A stretch of 63,418 nt of DNA, counting the filler, from Collodictyon triciliatum (lineage: Eukaryota), in assembly GCA_043381765.1 (NCBI GenBank). It is 24 parts of 24 records of this genome, joined end to end, with 100 filler letters (N's around TTAATTAATTAA, not from the genome) between each part and the next. Parts side by side here need not be neighbours in the genome. Positions count along the whole stretch, not along the records: positions 27,134 to 29,711 come from JBHJMP010008638.1; positions 29,812 to 32,388 come from JBHJMP010008639.1; positions 32,489 to 34,010 come from JBHJMP010008640.1; positions 34,111 to 36,685 come from JBHJMP010008642.1; positions 36,786 to 39,360 come from JBHJMP010008643.1; positions 39,461 to 42,035 come from JBHJMP010008644.1; 18 more parts are not named here. The stretch is one strand, 5' to 3'. Shown piece after piece: positions 27,134 to 40,494 of the stretch; the first letter of the stretch is position 1; each line of letters begins with the position of its first letter. Below the pieces are notes generated by a model. The model searched no databases and was not told the origin of the DNA. It saw only the letters and a program-made list of their open reading frames with translations. A program made the translations under genes and the position numbers.

Positions 27134-28570
27134 CAAATTGTTTCTGAAGGAGATTCCATACTTTGAAGCTTCTATCTTCGCTGCAGGTCACTAGAAACTC
27201 GTCCTTTTTGGCGCCAAACGCAGCGCATGTGATTCTTCGTTCATGACCTTTGAGAGGGATAATATGCTTTTTTTGTCTAAAAATATGAATCAGATTGATT
27301 TGTAGCGAGATATAGACAGATAAAGACTTTTCACTCCCAGAGTTTTGGATTAAGAAACATATAACAAGGAATTCAATACCAATGAAAAGAATATTCTGAC
27401 GGATAAATAAATCAATTTTTTTTTAAAAAAAATAAATACAAGGTCTACCGAAACTTGAAAGATGTCAAACGTATTATCAGCGGCCAGACCGACCAGGGTT
27501 CCGGTTGGGTCGAATGTTATGAAGGATGCATCAACATAGTCCCGTGAAATGGGATGCAATTGTGTATCAACTTTGTAAACAATAAAAACAAAAACAATAA
27601 TAATTATAGAAAAGAAATCAAATTGTTGGATGATACTGTGTTTTCTATGAAAAAAACTCTAAATTAACAAAAGAAAATAGAAAATGCTCATAAGATAACA
27701 TAATATAACTAAGCATAACAAACGTGTGTCTGGGGTTCAGAGTATATCCCAAAGCAGCATTACGTCCTTTATAACAGCACACATTTGAAACAACTTCTAT
27801 GACTAAGCGTTTGAATTACAGATAATTAATTATAAATTGTAGATAATTGATCATATATACTGGTTTATATATTGTTGATCTTTCCTAACGGGATTATCGA
27901 TTCCCGAATTCAAAAAGATGTGGAGCAAAGTTGAAGCATAAAGCGTCGGCTGAGCGTTGATGCGCACTTAGTTAAGTAACCGGCGAAGATTGCATACGTA
28001 TGAGCGATTCGGTGTTATTCACAACAACGGTATGAAACCTCTAAAAATTGTATTTTATTGCCGAGATTATTCGACATGCAGAAAGGAAAGCATAATATGA
28101 ATAATTTCATGTAATTCAGATATCAATGCGGATGCGTAATTAAGCTGGTTAGAAGGACAAACGGACAACAAAAAAAAAAAAAAATGGTTATGAGAAGATG
28201 ACAAACTAATAACAAAAAGAACATTGAATTAAAAAGAAAAAGAAAATTGAACTAAAGGAAAAGGAAAAGGAAAAGGAAAAGGAAAAGGAAAAGGAAAAGG
28301 AAAAGGAAAAGGTCACTGCACTTACCCATCGGAAAGGACATGTTAAGTTGCACAGCAGCAGCGCATTCTGAGGCGGGGCAGACAAGCGAAGCAGAAGCAG
28401 AGGATAGCACAGAGCCGTCGGACAGGAGGGTGGGCGTGGCTGCAGATTCTGTGTGCGTGGGAGGGTTTTAAGAGTTTGTTTATTGGGTTTTTTTCTTTGC
28501 TGTGTGTGTGTGTTGGAGGCTGTTCAGTATATCATTTCCTTTAGAGTTTTGCAATATCACAAAACAGAGA
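27134..28570 (-). pseudogene. WDR27: WDR27-like WD40 gene, copy A, with in-frame stops
   Basis: IIPLKGHERRITCAAFG..DEFLVTCSEDRSFKVWNL matches WDR27 (GH...ISASEDRGFKVWD). The exon at about 27860-28040 has in-frame TAA/TAG stops around LSAHQRSADALCF. Confidence 0.65.
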
Positions 28571-29376
28571 AACGAATTGCCGAAAAAGGAAAGGTCGATG
28601 CAGGCGAAATAATTCGTCTGCCACATATCCACTGCAGCCCTTAAGTTTAGTCTGTTTATACTGAGAATTATTAAATCGGTGTAAATTGTGTAAGTACATA
28701 TATTGCATCATCTGTATGAAATTAATACTGTATCCAAGCGGTTAGAAAGTTGGTATGATATATATCCCACATTTGTATAATTCTTATGAATTCATTTCCA
28801 ATTTTATATAATTTTCATGTAAAATCCATTATGCAAATGTGGATAGAATCTGTCACTTGGTTTTTTCAATCTGGTATTTTTGTCAAAGACTTAATCCGTT
28901 CTCTGGTTTCCGTTGGGTTCGCAATCCTCCGAAGCCGAAAAACAACACTCTCGACGGCAAAGATATCTTCCGTGGTTTGGGCATCCTACCACTCTCGAGG
29001 AATACCTGCAGCACTTTCTGTGCCTAAACTTGTTCTCGAAGATGCTCTATTGCGATTGAGAGGGTTGGTAAATAAACAAGAAGAAAAAGCTCGCGCTGTC
29101 AACTAATCATGTTTGTACCAAGCAAGCAGCGTTAAGAATGGGTGATGCTTCCCCGCCAACAAATGCCAGGTCGTTTTTTATGTATGGTTTGTTTTTATTA
29201 TTTTAAGAGCACTTGGACAAATATTTTGTGGCAACATACAAACATACAAACATACATACACACATACACACATACACATACATACACATACACACATACA
29301 TACACAGCAGAAAACACATAATGATAAACAATTGCATTTTTTTTTTGGAAATATAAGCATATGTTAAATAAACAAT

Positions 29377-29711
29377 TAGTCCAGCTGGCATGGGACAGCG
29401 TCTGACCTGCGCGAACGTGGTTCGAACCCCACAGGGTGCGCGGTGTGTGTGATTCCGGCCCTGTATCGCGCATTCCCTGAGCCCTCCTCCTGTGCCCTCA
29501 GTTATACCCAATCCAGGGCAGCCGGGTGTGCTTCGCCGGACAACGGAGCACACCCCACAACTTTCGAAGAAAATGACGTCACCAGAAGAGTGCTTCCATG
29601 GAGAGGAATGAGATTCCATATCTACGCCGAGCTTCGACCCCACAAAAACACACCCCACAGAATTGTCCCCCCTCTATTCCACGTCTGCCCTTCTTGGAAA
29701 ACCCCCCATGC
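29377..29711 (+). mobile_element. tRNA-derived head (Pol III A/B boxes) plus GC-rich structured body; candidate SINE or retroelement 5' end
   Basis: A-box TAGTCCAGCTGG at 29377-29388, D-stem GTCC/GGAC, and B-box GGTTCGAACCC at 29419-29429. The acceptor stem is not formed. A 12-bp hairpin lies downstream at 29524-29555. Confidence 0.5.
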
Positions 29712-29811
29712 NNNNNNNNNNNNNNNNNNNNNNNNNNNNNNNNNNNNNNNNNNNNTTAATTAATTAANNNNNNNNNNNNNNNNNNNNNNNNNNNNNNNNN
29801 NNNNNNNNNNN

Positions 29812-32388
29812 CGGGTCCCCAGAAAAATTAACTGCTGAAGATATTGCCGATATAATAAACGTGACAGCTTGTCTCTGACATTGAGGTACGATGTTTTCAA
29901 TTCATCTTTTTCATTTTATTAATACGAAAAAAATGCGACACTAGTTTTCCACTGATTTTTTCTGCAAAAGGCTAGGCGATGTCTTGTTCGAAATGATTTG
30001 GTAGAAGATGAATTAAACCATACCTTGAAATATATATCAACACCGTCCTTTAAAAGTACTTCCTGTGCTGTTTCAGCAAGTCTATCGACAGCCATCGTAA
30101 CCGTGTAATTGGGCTGGATGAATGTCATTTGGAAATTCATGTGATTTTCTGTAGTGGACTTATAGGGCTATGGGAGATAGAAATAAGAAAGTGTGGTATC
30201 AGCAACCCTTCCATTATTGATATTAGTCTAAAGTGTAATACAAACAAATTAAACTACATCCAAAAGCGAATTAGTAAAGCACATAAACAAGTAAATAAAT
30301 GATAAATCATCCAACGATATTGGCTTTGATTTCGTGCTTGATTCTTACCATTATGAGGAATTCCTTCAAAAATTGTCTATTATATCCTCCCCACTTTCCA
30401 AGAATTGAAAAAACTTGCTGGTGTCGGTGGTGATGTTCTGGACGAAGGTGTTTCCATAGTGCAGTCATTAGCTCAGCTTGGACTGGCTGGATGTATGGTT
30501 CCAGATACTTGCCCACCATATTATCTATGAAAAGCTCCAAGGTACGGAGGCCTTGGAGAGCCTAATTTGCGTATGTAAGATAGAGTAAAAACATATTTTA
30601 TTCTTCTATATATTTACTGAGTAATACCAATAACGTGTATATTGAATGGAAAAAAAGGAATCTTTTGTTTTTCTTCGGTAGCGATTGTGGAATTACCAAA
30701 TCATTATCTGACTGTAGAGCTGCAACGAGCGGTTTCATTATATACTGGAGGTATGGAAGCAAATTGCTCAATCGCACGGGGACAGTAAGACACAGCTCAA
30801 CAATCAAGTGCTTCAGTGCGGGTTGTTGAACAGTCATATGGAGTCGATTGAGGCTCTCCAAGAAAGCTAAAAATAACATCATATTAAATGAGTACTTATA
30901 TAGTTCAATATGTGATAAGAGTTGGCTCGTGAAAGGTTGTATATGAAAAAAAAAAATACTTGGCAACAGAGGAATGAACTCTCTCAATAGGTTGTCAAAT
31001 TTACAACTTCCTGTGCTCCTAAATAGTGATCTTAAAAGTTGAAAATAATTGGTCGGGTCCTGTGGTAAGTTTAACTGTTTCAGTGGCACATTCTTCCTCT
31101 AGAATTCCTTCAGAAGAAGGAGAAATCTTCGACTAAATTCGCCAATATATAAAGCAAATTGAGGTGTATCAACCTTAACTTCTGTGCTATGGGTCAAACA
31201 TCCGATAATGATTGTATTCAAGTGCTGTTGGAGCATTGACTCATTCTCAGAGTAAAGTCCAACAGAACCAAATACTAACTTAAAAAGACGTAGAACTATT
31301 CCTGACTGAATCTTATCTGAAGTATCAAGAAGCCTATTGCACAAGTAAAGTGACATACCGTTAAATATAAATATATCAATTCAATTTTTCCAAGATTTCT
31401 TTTTAAAAATTCGTGTAAAAGAAAAAGGAAACAGAAAAAGAAACTTACTTCAAATTATCGACCAAATAGTTAAGCAAGATTTCGACAAGGCTCTTTGAGA
31501 CTGCTTGACTAGAAAAAAGATGTTGTGGAACGAGCAGCATAGTTTGATTCTCGAGCAAGATATTAAATAGGTAACCGATATGTTGATTCATTATGTCTTG
31601 AAATGTCCTAACATCAACTGCTGTGTAGATACCAGAGAATTGATCAAGCATCTAAGATTTGATTTCGAAAATATTTGCCCCAATAAGAAAGAATATGGGT
31701 AAAGTGTAAAATCAAACCATGCTATAACTCAAACATAATAAAAAAAATTTTAAAAAAAAAGCATAAATCGAATTCATCGTTTTTTTCCCATTTCATAATT
31801 ATTAATAATAGCAACCTCCTTCTCTTCACTTTGAAGCGTTGTTTTATCATTCAAAGTGTAAAGGCTCAAACACTTCAAACCATGCACAAAAAGGCGAGAT
31901 AAAATCGAGCTCTCCTCGGCTGACAAGGGTTGCTTTGTGTTACCAGAGAGACTTGCGGGCTTTGAGATGGCATGAGTATAAAAAAGTGTAATTGTGAATA
32001 TGAAAAAAAATATAAAATCCACTTATGTGATACATGAATAATTCATCAAAGGGTTAAATGTGAAACTCACATTAGAAGCATTACTGCAGAGTCCTATAGT
32101 TACAGACTTCAATCCCCAAATTGAAGATCTCAATAGCGACCGACATTCTATTTTGTATATAGTTGCGAGTTATTCAGTAGTCTAAAATAAGAGGTAAATT
32201 CTCAGCTTTTTAAATGAAGGTTTAAATAGACTTATTTCTTATTAATTATTGTGAAAAAGGAAACCTTAAATCATACAATAATACAAATATGATATGAGTA
32301 ATGAAGACAAATGAACAAAAAGAAATACCGCGTAGGGTTTCGGTGGGAGGCTCGGATATAACACCGTAGCGAATGTTCTCAACACCAA
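29812..32388 (-). CDS. TRRAP: TRRAP/Tra1 (PIKK-family SAGA/NuA4 subunit), N-terminal HEAT region, internal fragment
   Basis: LRLFKLVFGSV, NYFQLLRSLFRS, LIVELCLTVPVRLSNLLPYLQYIMKPLVAAL, and GLRTLELFIDN...ILGKWGGYNRQFL. Confidence 0.94.
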
Positions 32389-32689
32389 NNNNNNNNNNNN
32401 NNNNNNNNNNNNNNNNNNNNNNNNNNNNNNNNTTAATTAATTAANNNNNNNNNNNNNNNNNNNNNNNNNNNNNNNNNNNNNNNNNNNNTTCTTTTCCCTT
32501 TTTTTTTTCTTTTTTCTTTTTCTTTTTCTTTTTCTTTTTCTTTTTCTTTTTCTTTTTCTTTTTCTTTTTCTTTTTCTTTTTCTTTCCAAAACACAAAAAC
32601 TCCCACACAATCCGGGGTTTTCCACTGTCGTCCACATCTCATTTTTGTCCAAGAGGCGAAGGTGGTTTCCTCGGCTTTGTTTTCTCTCA

Positions 32690-33930
32690 ATAAACTGTTG
32701 AAAAGAAACCAAAAAAAAAATAGGTATGCCTTGGATGCGTCTGTTGACGGGGTTTTTCTTGGTGGTATTACCTTTCCAGGAGATCATGTATGGTAGCACC
32801 ACTGTTATTGCATGACGTTTCTTGGCTAGGTCTCTCCTTAGGGTCTCATACTTCCTCACATTCTCTTGTCCTATTTTGGCTTGGTTTCCTGGCATTCCTA
32901 CCACTACATCAATTTTGTACATGGTTTTGCGAATCTTCTTGTGGACTACAACGCCAGGTCTAATAGACGTCGTCTGAACTTCGGGATCTAAGTTACAGTC
33001 AGAGTGTACCATGGTGTATTGGTTTGCTATTACTTCTTTTATTATGTGTTTTATGAGCCTTTTGTCTGTCGAGTAATTGTATTTTAGGGTTGGGTTTTTG
33101 TGGGTGCATCGGACTACTTCGATTTGGCGACTGGTGAAGTGTGGTAGCTTAATAGTGCATGCCCCTGCTACATGGGGAAGGTTCATTTGTATCTTACAAG
33201 TGTTGCCATTTGTTATGTAATTAAATATATAAATTGACATCTTTTAAGAAGAATTACGCAGCTTCTTCACTCGGATAACTAATTCCTTTCGTAGCCCTTT
33301 GTTGGAGCCTTCCTTTTGGATGTTCTATTCCAGAGATTTGTAGAATAGGGAGTGGGGTGTTTTCTTACTTTTGCTTCTTTTTAGGTGCTGAACTTGAGCG
33401 TATTGTAGCTTCGTGTTACTTATCTTGTCGAGGTCAAGCCTCGGGTATTTAGCTGCGAGTGTTCTCTCAATTAGGGCGTTTGGGGATATTTCTTCTTTTT
33501 TTTTTCTTCATGAGGATAGCTGTTTTCCTATGGTTCATCGAGATATCACTTCGGTAGCAGTAGAACTTAATGAACAATCTTCCTGCTTTGTATTCCATGC
33601 TGGCAGGTCCCCTGTCATTTTCATTTCAGGGTAGGTAGAGTCTTTAGATGCTTGTAGATTAAAAGTGGACTTTTTCGATTCTGATGTTTCTTATTTATAA
33701 GCTCATGTCTCTGAATTCGTCCATGCTATAGTTGACAAGACATGTATGGTTGTTTAGAACTGATCGGGCAAACTCATTAATTGCTTGGAAGAGGTGTATG
33801 ACATTTAGGTTTGTTGTACATATTTTGATTCATTTTTTACATATCTTCTTGGGTCCCTGTCTTCGTCGTTTTTAGCTGTTTGGTTTCCTTGGTCTTTGTA
33901 GATTTCTAGGTATGTACGTGTCCCACCTCA
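32690..33930 (-). mobile_element. Degenerate R4/Dong-like (RLE-type) non-LTR retrotransposon, 3' half
   Basis: RT-thumb remnants TYLEI, ICTTNLNVIHLFQAINEFARSVLN and RLYLP.NENDRG with stops; a CCHC remnant C....LPHVAGAC; and RLE RP(G)VVV...KIDV...RKYETLRRDL...VLPYMISWKG. Confidence 0.82.
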
Positions 33931-34435
33931 TTCAATTTACAGGGGGGGGGGGGGGGGGGGGGGCGCGGGGTGGTGTGTTGGTTGTGCCTTTTTTAATAAC
34001 CCCACTTTTTNNNNNNNNNNNNNNNNNNNNNNNNNNNNNNNNNNNNNNNNNNNNTTAATTAATTAANNNNNNNNNNNNNNNNNNNNNNNNNNNNNNNNNN
34101 NNNNNNNNNNTTTTTTTTGTTTTTTTTTTGTTTTTTTTTTTGTTTTTTTCATGAATTTTGAAATCCCAGTTTTTAAAGAGGCTTTGAAAATTAATGGTAT
34201 GATGCAGATTCATGCTCAAAATGATCGATGAGCCACCAATCACAAAAGCGGCATGGAGAATGCAGGCATCCATCATTCTTTATGAAACAAAACTGTAGAT
34301 AACTATATCAAAAAGGACTGTTTTTTTTTGTTGCATCCTGGAATTCTTTGTGGCCATGCCCTTCCAACTCACCAATGGTGTGGGAGCTTATATTTTAGTA
34401 TTTGTACATATATTCAACCTCTCTTTTTCTATGTA

Positions 34436-36052
34436 GGCCACTTGCTTTGTGCTCTTGCCTGGTTTTTTATGGGATTACAGAAATGCTGATATAGAAACAA
34501 AAATACAGTCCTCCAGAAGGAACACGATTTTACTGTTGTGCGCCAGTGGGGTAATTTTTACCATATATGTGATTATGTTATTCTTTGTCAGAGAAACAGC
34601 TTCGTATCGTGTATGCTTATAATTGTGCATGTTTACTACTTTTCCAACACCAATATATCTAAGGTTTTGCTTGGGCTTCATTTTGGCAGTTGGATATGGA
34701 GCTTGGACGAAACATCTCTGGCCCACAGGCAATCGTTTATATTTTAGTTGATTTAGTTTATAATAAAATTTGCCTCAATCATAAAAAAAAAAACACGTAT
34801 TTGATTAAATAATAATAATGATTATAATTATAAGCCTAATTTAAATTTGTAACACAATTTATGGAAATTTTGGAAAGAGTATAAAATGCTGTAATGTTAT
34901 GGGACAGCACATATTTGGCTTGATGAATAAATTTTCATTCGCACATAAATTAGTTTGCTATTTGTGCAAGCACATCCGCTCATGTTTGTTTGTGGGAGCA
35001 TTTTATTATATAAGCTTGGATACTTGAAAGAACTCCGACTCTCAAAAGGAGAAATGATTGGCTCTTTCATGGGCTTCACTGGACTTGGGGTGAAACTTAG
35101 ACTCACAATTTTTTATAGTAGACATTTTCTGCGAGTTTATTCACTTCCCAGGCGCTTTTTTTTTCGAATATACATAAATATGTATTTAACTTTAGCGACT
35201 TTTTCTTATTTTCGATAGATAACACTGCTGGATTCAAGCAGTGGTGGCAAAGATAGCGACCAAGTGGAAGCCTCCTGGACCGGTGATATGCTTTCTTTCT
35301 TTGCTGCATCGTGCATGCTGGGTTATCTGATTGTTGGAAGCAAGGTGAAAAGAACAACAATGCATCTCTGGAATTATGTAGCCCCTGAATATCATTTGAA
35401 ACCATCGTTGTGTCATCATATTCAATCAAAAGCTTTGGCGATTTGGATATGAACATGAATTAAGTGGCGTGGACAAATGAATGAAAACTTATCCACAATC
35501 CAAACACACATATACACATCTGCAGTTGCGCAAGTGGATGCCTCTCTTTATGTATGCGCTCCCTGTAAATGTTGTTGCCATGGTTCTACTGACGGTGATA
35601 GCGTTGATTGCAGAGGATACGCGGGATAAGATAGTATTCGGATGGATGTGGACAGGGTCCTTCCTCTTGGTGGCATACCAGGCCTTTGTTCCGGGTCTCA
35701 TTGGCCACGCTGGTCTGAATCGTGCCCTTCGCGTAAGCATTGTCTTGCTTCTAAGAAAGCACAGTTTATGATGCAACAATGTGTTTTCCCGTTTTCTCTT
35801 TTACTTTTTGCTCACTCTCTCACTCACCCGCACAAAACCTTTGTTGAATCTTGTCCTCAGCATCTAGACCCCATTGTCGTCTCTGTGGCGCTCAACATGG
35901 AGCCGCTGATGGGGACTTTCATGGGTTGGGCCATCGGAGAGGAAAGCACGCCCGGGTTGTGGACCGTGTTGGGCGGAGCCATCATGATTGCCGGATGCAC
36001 AACTGTGACGCTTTCTTCTGCCCGGAGGAGCAAAGCAGAGAGCAAGAAATAA
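34436..36052 (+). CDS. DMT superfamily EamA-type transporter, 5'-partial
   Basis: LGLHFGSWIWSLDETSLAHSLLFVQAHP; GDMLSFFAASCMLGYLIVGSKLRKWMPLFMY; PGLIGHAGLNRALR|HLDPIVVSVALNMEPLMGT; TAA stop ending at 36052. Confidence 0.9.
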
Positions 36053-36989
36053 AGCGACCGCGGACTCTGTTGTTCTCTGCTTCGCTTGCAAGCCGCAAAG
36101 CGTGACTAACCAATCAGTTATATGTATGTGTGGCTGGTTCTGTATTTATCTTGATAAAAAGAAGAGGGCAACGAAAATGATTCTCTTTTTCTTTTTTTTT
36201 TTTTAAAAAATCCAATCTTTACATCGCCCCATCGCAAGTCAAGCACATTACTTGCACAGTTCCGTTGGATGGAAAGAATTCGATGTTGAAGTGGATGAAA
36301 AAGTACCAGGGAAGGCAGGAATGAATGTGAGAATGTGATATTCGAGAAGTTGGGTCTTTGGCGAGCATTTACCACAGCAACATATGGTCATGACGACATC
36401 ATGGAATAATATGATACAGTAAATGAAGCAGCAGAAAACGTCTAAATCTGTATTGGTGCATGAAGCAAAGGGATGCACATTGGATGACCTCCTGTCATAT
36501 CCGACGTTTCACCATATTGTGGCGGCGTGCCTGCGCCCCAAAAACGAAGGAATGGAAGGAGACATCTGGCTGACTCTTGCGCAAACGATGACAATGAAAC
36601 CCATCGTCAAACCTTTTTTTTTTTTTTTGACAGCTTGTTGGAATCGTGGGTTGTTATGACACTTTAAATTGTGGTTCCCCACCCANNNNNNNNNNNNNNN
36701 NNNNNNNNNNNNNNNNNNNNNNNNNNNNNTTAATTAATTAANNNNNNNNNNNNNNNNNNNNNNNNNNNNNNNNNNNNNNNNNNNNCGTTGTCTGAAAATA
36801 AAAGAAGATAAATACATTAGAGCGGAAGATGAAGTAAACCTCATAAAAAAAGACGAGAAAGAAAGTGGCATTTTGATGGAATAAACAACACAACATTTAT
36901 GCGTATAGTGAATTTGTGACCGGTTCAAATGTGAATATGAACACACATATATGAATACATGAAAATTACAAAGTCTGGTCAACAGCAAA

Positions 36990-39212
36990 TATACTTTCGT
37001 CTTCTCCGTTATGGTGTGGTGTTTGGTCTGCAGCGACAGATAGGAAATGAAGGGAAAGAATGTGACAGTCCACCTCGGGGTTTGGGAGAAAAATATTCCT
37101 CTGCAGGAATTGATTATGCCATTTGTTTCCAGGGAGGAACGCTCGATATCACGACAGGCCCAGAGTCCGCTTGGTCGTCCATTTCTTTGGAAAGCTTGGC
37201 TGAAAATCATGCATGTAAGTTCAATTCACAGAGAAAGTGACCTCCATGACCGTTGCTGGGTCTAGCTTGTAGAATCTGAGCTAGATGCACAAAATGAAAT
37301 TCCTTCGTTATGAATTCTCCATAGCAACGACTTGAATATTGACAAAATTGTATTCTATAGCATGATTGTGGTTGAGTTGATTGGCATTTCATCCAAAGAG
37401 AGGGAAGTATGAAACATAAAAGAGCTATGAATGGAGATTGAAAGTGGATTATTATAATTACTATTATTATTATTAATCAAGTCTGAAACAAGCATAACAG
37501 AGCAAACAGAAAAACTCAGTGTATATATGAAACCTTTCCGTCTGCTGAGCTCACCACAAATCGCTCATTGTCTGGGTCAATAGCCAAGGACAACAACAGC
37601 GATGTGGACAGAATACCACTTTGGCAAACAAGCTGTTTCTGAAGGAGATTCCATACTTTGAAGCTTCCATCTTCCCTGCAGATCACTACAAACTCGTCCT
37701 TTTTGCCGCCAAACGCAGCGCATGTGATTCTTCGTTCATGAACCTCAAGAGGGATAATAGGCTTGTTTGTCTAAAAATATGAATCAGATTGATTTGTAGC
37801 AAGATATAGACAGATAAAGACTTTTCACTCCCTGAGTTTTGAATTGATAAACATATAACAAGGAATTCAATACCAATAAAAAGAATATTCTGACGGATAA
37901 ATAAATCAATTTTTTTTTTAAAGAATAATTACAAGGTCTACCGAAACTTGAAAGATGTCAAAAGTATTATCAGCGGCCAGTCCGACAAAGGTTCCGGTTG
38001 GGTCGCATGTTATGAAGGATGCATCACCACAATCCCGTGAAATGGGGTGCAATTGTGTATCAACTTTGTAAACAATAAAACAATAATGATAGAAAAGAAA
38101 TCAAAATTTTGATGATACTGTATTTTCTATGAAAAAAAAACTCTAAATGAACATAAGAAAATGGGATAAGGTTCATAAGATAACATAACATAATTAATCA
38201 TAACAAACGTGTATCTGGGGTTCGGAGAATATCCCAAATCAGCATTACGTCCTTTGAAACAGTACACATTTGAAACGACTAATCATAATCCAAATAAAAT
38301 CTATATGGCTAAACGTTTGAATTACATATAATTAATTATAAATTGTAGGCAATGTGTCATATATACTGGTTTATATGTTTTTGATATTGTCTAACAGGAT
38401 TATAGATTACCGAATCCAAAAAGATGTGGAGCCAGATTGAAGCATAAGTGTTGAGTGGGCGTTGATGCGCACTAAGTGACAGGCTAGGATTGCATGCGTA
38501 TGAGTGATTCAGTGTTAATCACAACAACAGTATGAAACTTTTAAAAATTGTATTTTATTGCCGAGATTAATCGACATGCAGAAAGGAAAGCATAAATATG
38601 AATAATTTCATGTAATTCGGATATCAATGCAGAAGCGTAATTAAGCTGGTTAGAAGGACAAACGGACTACATAAAAAAATTGTCATGACATGATGACGAA
38701 CTCATAATAAAAGAAAATTGAAATAAAAAAAGAAAAGAAAAGAAAAGAAAAGAAAAGAAAAGAAGAAAAAGAAGAAAAAGAAGATTAACTAAAGAAAAAC
38801 TAAAGAAAAAGAAAAAGGAAATCGAAAACGAAAACGAAAAGTAAAACGAAAACGAAAAGAAAAAGGAAATGAAAACGAAAAGAGAAATAGGGAAAGGAAA
38901 AGGAAAAGGACAACCAAAAAAGAAAAAGGAAAAGGAAAGGAGAGGAAAAGGTCACCCCACTTACCTAATGGGAAGGACGTGTTAAGTCGCACAACAGCAG
39001 CGCACTCTGAGGCGGGGCAGACGAGCGAAGCAGAAGCATAGGATAGCACAGAGCCGTCGGACCGGATAATGGGCGTGGCTGCAGATTCTGTGTGCGTGGG
39101 TGGGTTTTAAGGGTTTGTTCATTGGGATTTTTCTTTGGTGTTTGTGCGTGTGTGTTGGAGGCTGTTCAGTATATTATTTGCTTTAGAGTTTGCATGATCA
39201 CAATAACAGAGA
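36990..39212 (-). pseudogene. WDR27: WDR27-like WD40 gene, copy B, with stops and a frameshift
   Basis: FKVWNLLQKQLVCQSGILSTSLLLSLAIDPDNERFVVSSADGK matches WDR27 (FKVWD...SSVLSAYPLLSLFID...VTGCADG). GH is changed to VH and SEDR to REDG; there is an in-frame TAA at 37114-37116 and a TAG/frameshift near 38470-38490. Colinear with 27134-28570, including introns. Confidence 0.7.
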
Positions 39213-40095
39213 AGCCCTTTGGTTTTGCACAAAAACCACACGTATGGCAACCAAGCCTCAACTTGACGACGAGAATGTGGTCTACGAGCACTACCGGACG
39301 CGACGGGTGGAGCGAGCAGCGGGGCTGCAGGAGAAGGGACTCTACCCGGCCGGCTGTGTGNNNNNNNNNNNNNNNNNNNNNNNNNNNNNNNNNNNNNNNN
39401 NNNNTTAATTAATTAANNNNNNNNNNNNNNNNNNNNNNNNNNNNNNNNNNNNNNNNNNNNTCTTTTTCTTTTTCTTTTTCTTTTTCTTTTTCTTTTTCTT
39501 TTTCTTTTTCTTTTTCTTTTTCTTTTTCTTTTTCTTTTTCTTTTTCTTTTTCTTTTTGGTACATATTTACTTAGCTCTGATAATATGCGAGTGCTATGAG
39601 TCACATTATATATGGTTGTATCAGATATCTCGGTTGCATAATCGGTGGTGCCCCAAAGTCCCAATCAGATATATCTCAAGTAATATTTCCAGGTTTTACT
39701 GTCATCTTGGTTTTAATTAGTCCATAAAGTTGACAACCATTAATCTAAATGAAACAATGCAATAGGCAACAAATGTTTCTGATGTGACAATAAGGAAGAT
39801 ATTTAAAGAAATGCTCAGCGTAATTTAAGAATCGTTTCAAAAAAAAAAAAACACACACACAATATGTTCAAAATCCTTTCATATGATTCTATCTCTGATT
39901 GCTCAATAAGTGGCTATTCGTCTAGTACTCAAAGGACTTGGTGGACTCGTCATATCAATCACATCAAATATTTCGAAACTACCAACAAAGACCTTGTATT
40001 TACTAATCTGTTTGTCAATTTTAGTTGTCTTAAAGAAGGTGAAAAAATAGTATTATATTTTCATAAACTCATCCACTACCATTTGCCTTTTAATA

Positions 40096-40494
40096 GTTCA
40101 AGCAATAAGCTTTGCAGTTGCCCAATCCAGTAGCCAAACTCAAAAGAGAAAGCTTATGTACGACTTTGTAGATGTTAAACAACCCCACCACGATTCCCAA
40201 AAAGAGGTTATTTGTCCAAATTCCGAAGGAAAAACAACCCCTGGACCTGCTTGTTTAGACTTCTCCCCTGTTCATTCACCCCCAAAATCAAATTTACCTT
40301 ATATTGTCAAGTTATCTAGCAGTCCTGTCAGTATTCAATATGACGGAAAAACCTCGCCAATTGCACCTTTAAAATCCTATATGCCTTCACCCCCATTTGT
40401 TTATTCGAAAAATGGTTCGCAACAAGTTTTTTGTATATCCCGTTCGCCTGTTCAGTCCCCTTCTTCACAAAAATCATCTCCGCTTCAAATAACG
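40096..40494 (+). CDS. Hypothetical Ser/Pro-rich exon
   Basis: Open frame with many SP sites, bounded by AG and GTAATC. No family recognised. Confidence 0.3.

Noticed and set aside
28600-29170. Short ORFs beyond the WDR27 duplication breakpoint
   Set aside because: The frames are short or stop-interrupted and contain no recognisable motif.
36118-36685. Short ORFs downstream of the EamA gene
   Set aside because: They have no consistent splice structure or recognisable homology.
39244-39360. GC-rich ORF start MATKPQLDDENVVYEHYRTRRVERAAGLQEKGLYP
   Set aside because: It may be a real first exon, but only 39 codons precede the gap, which is too short to assign.
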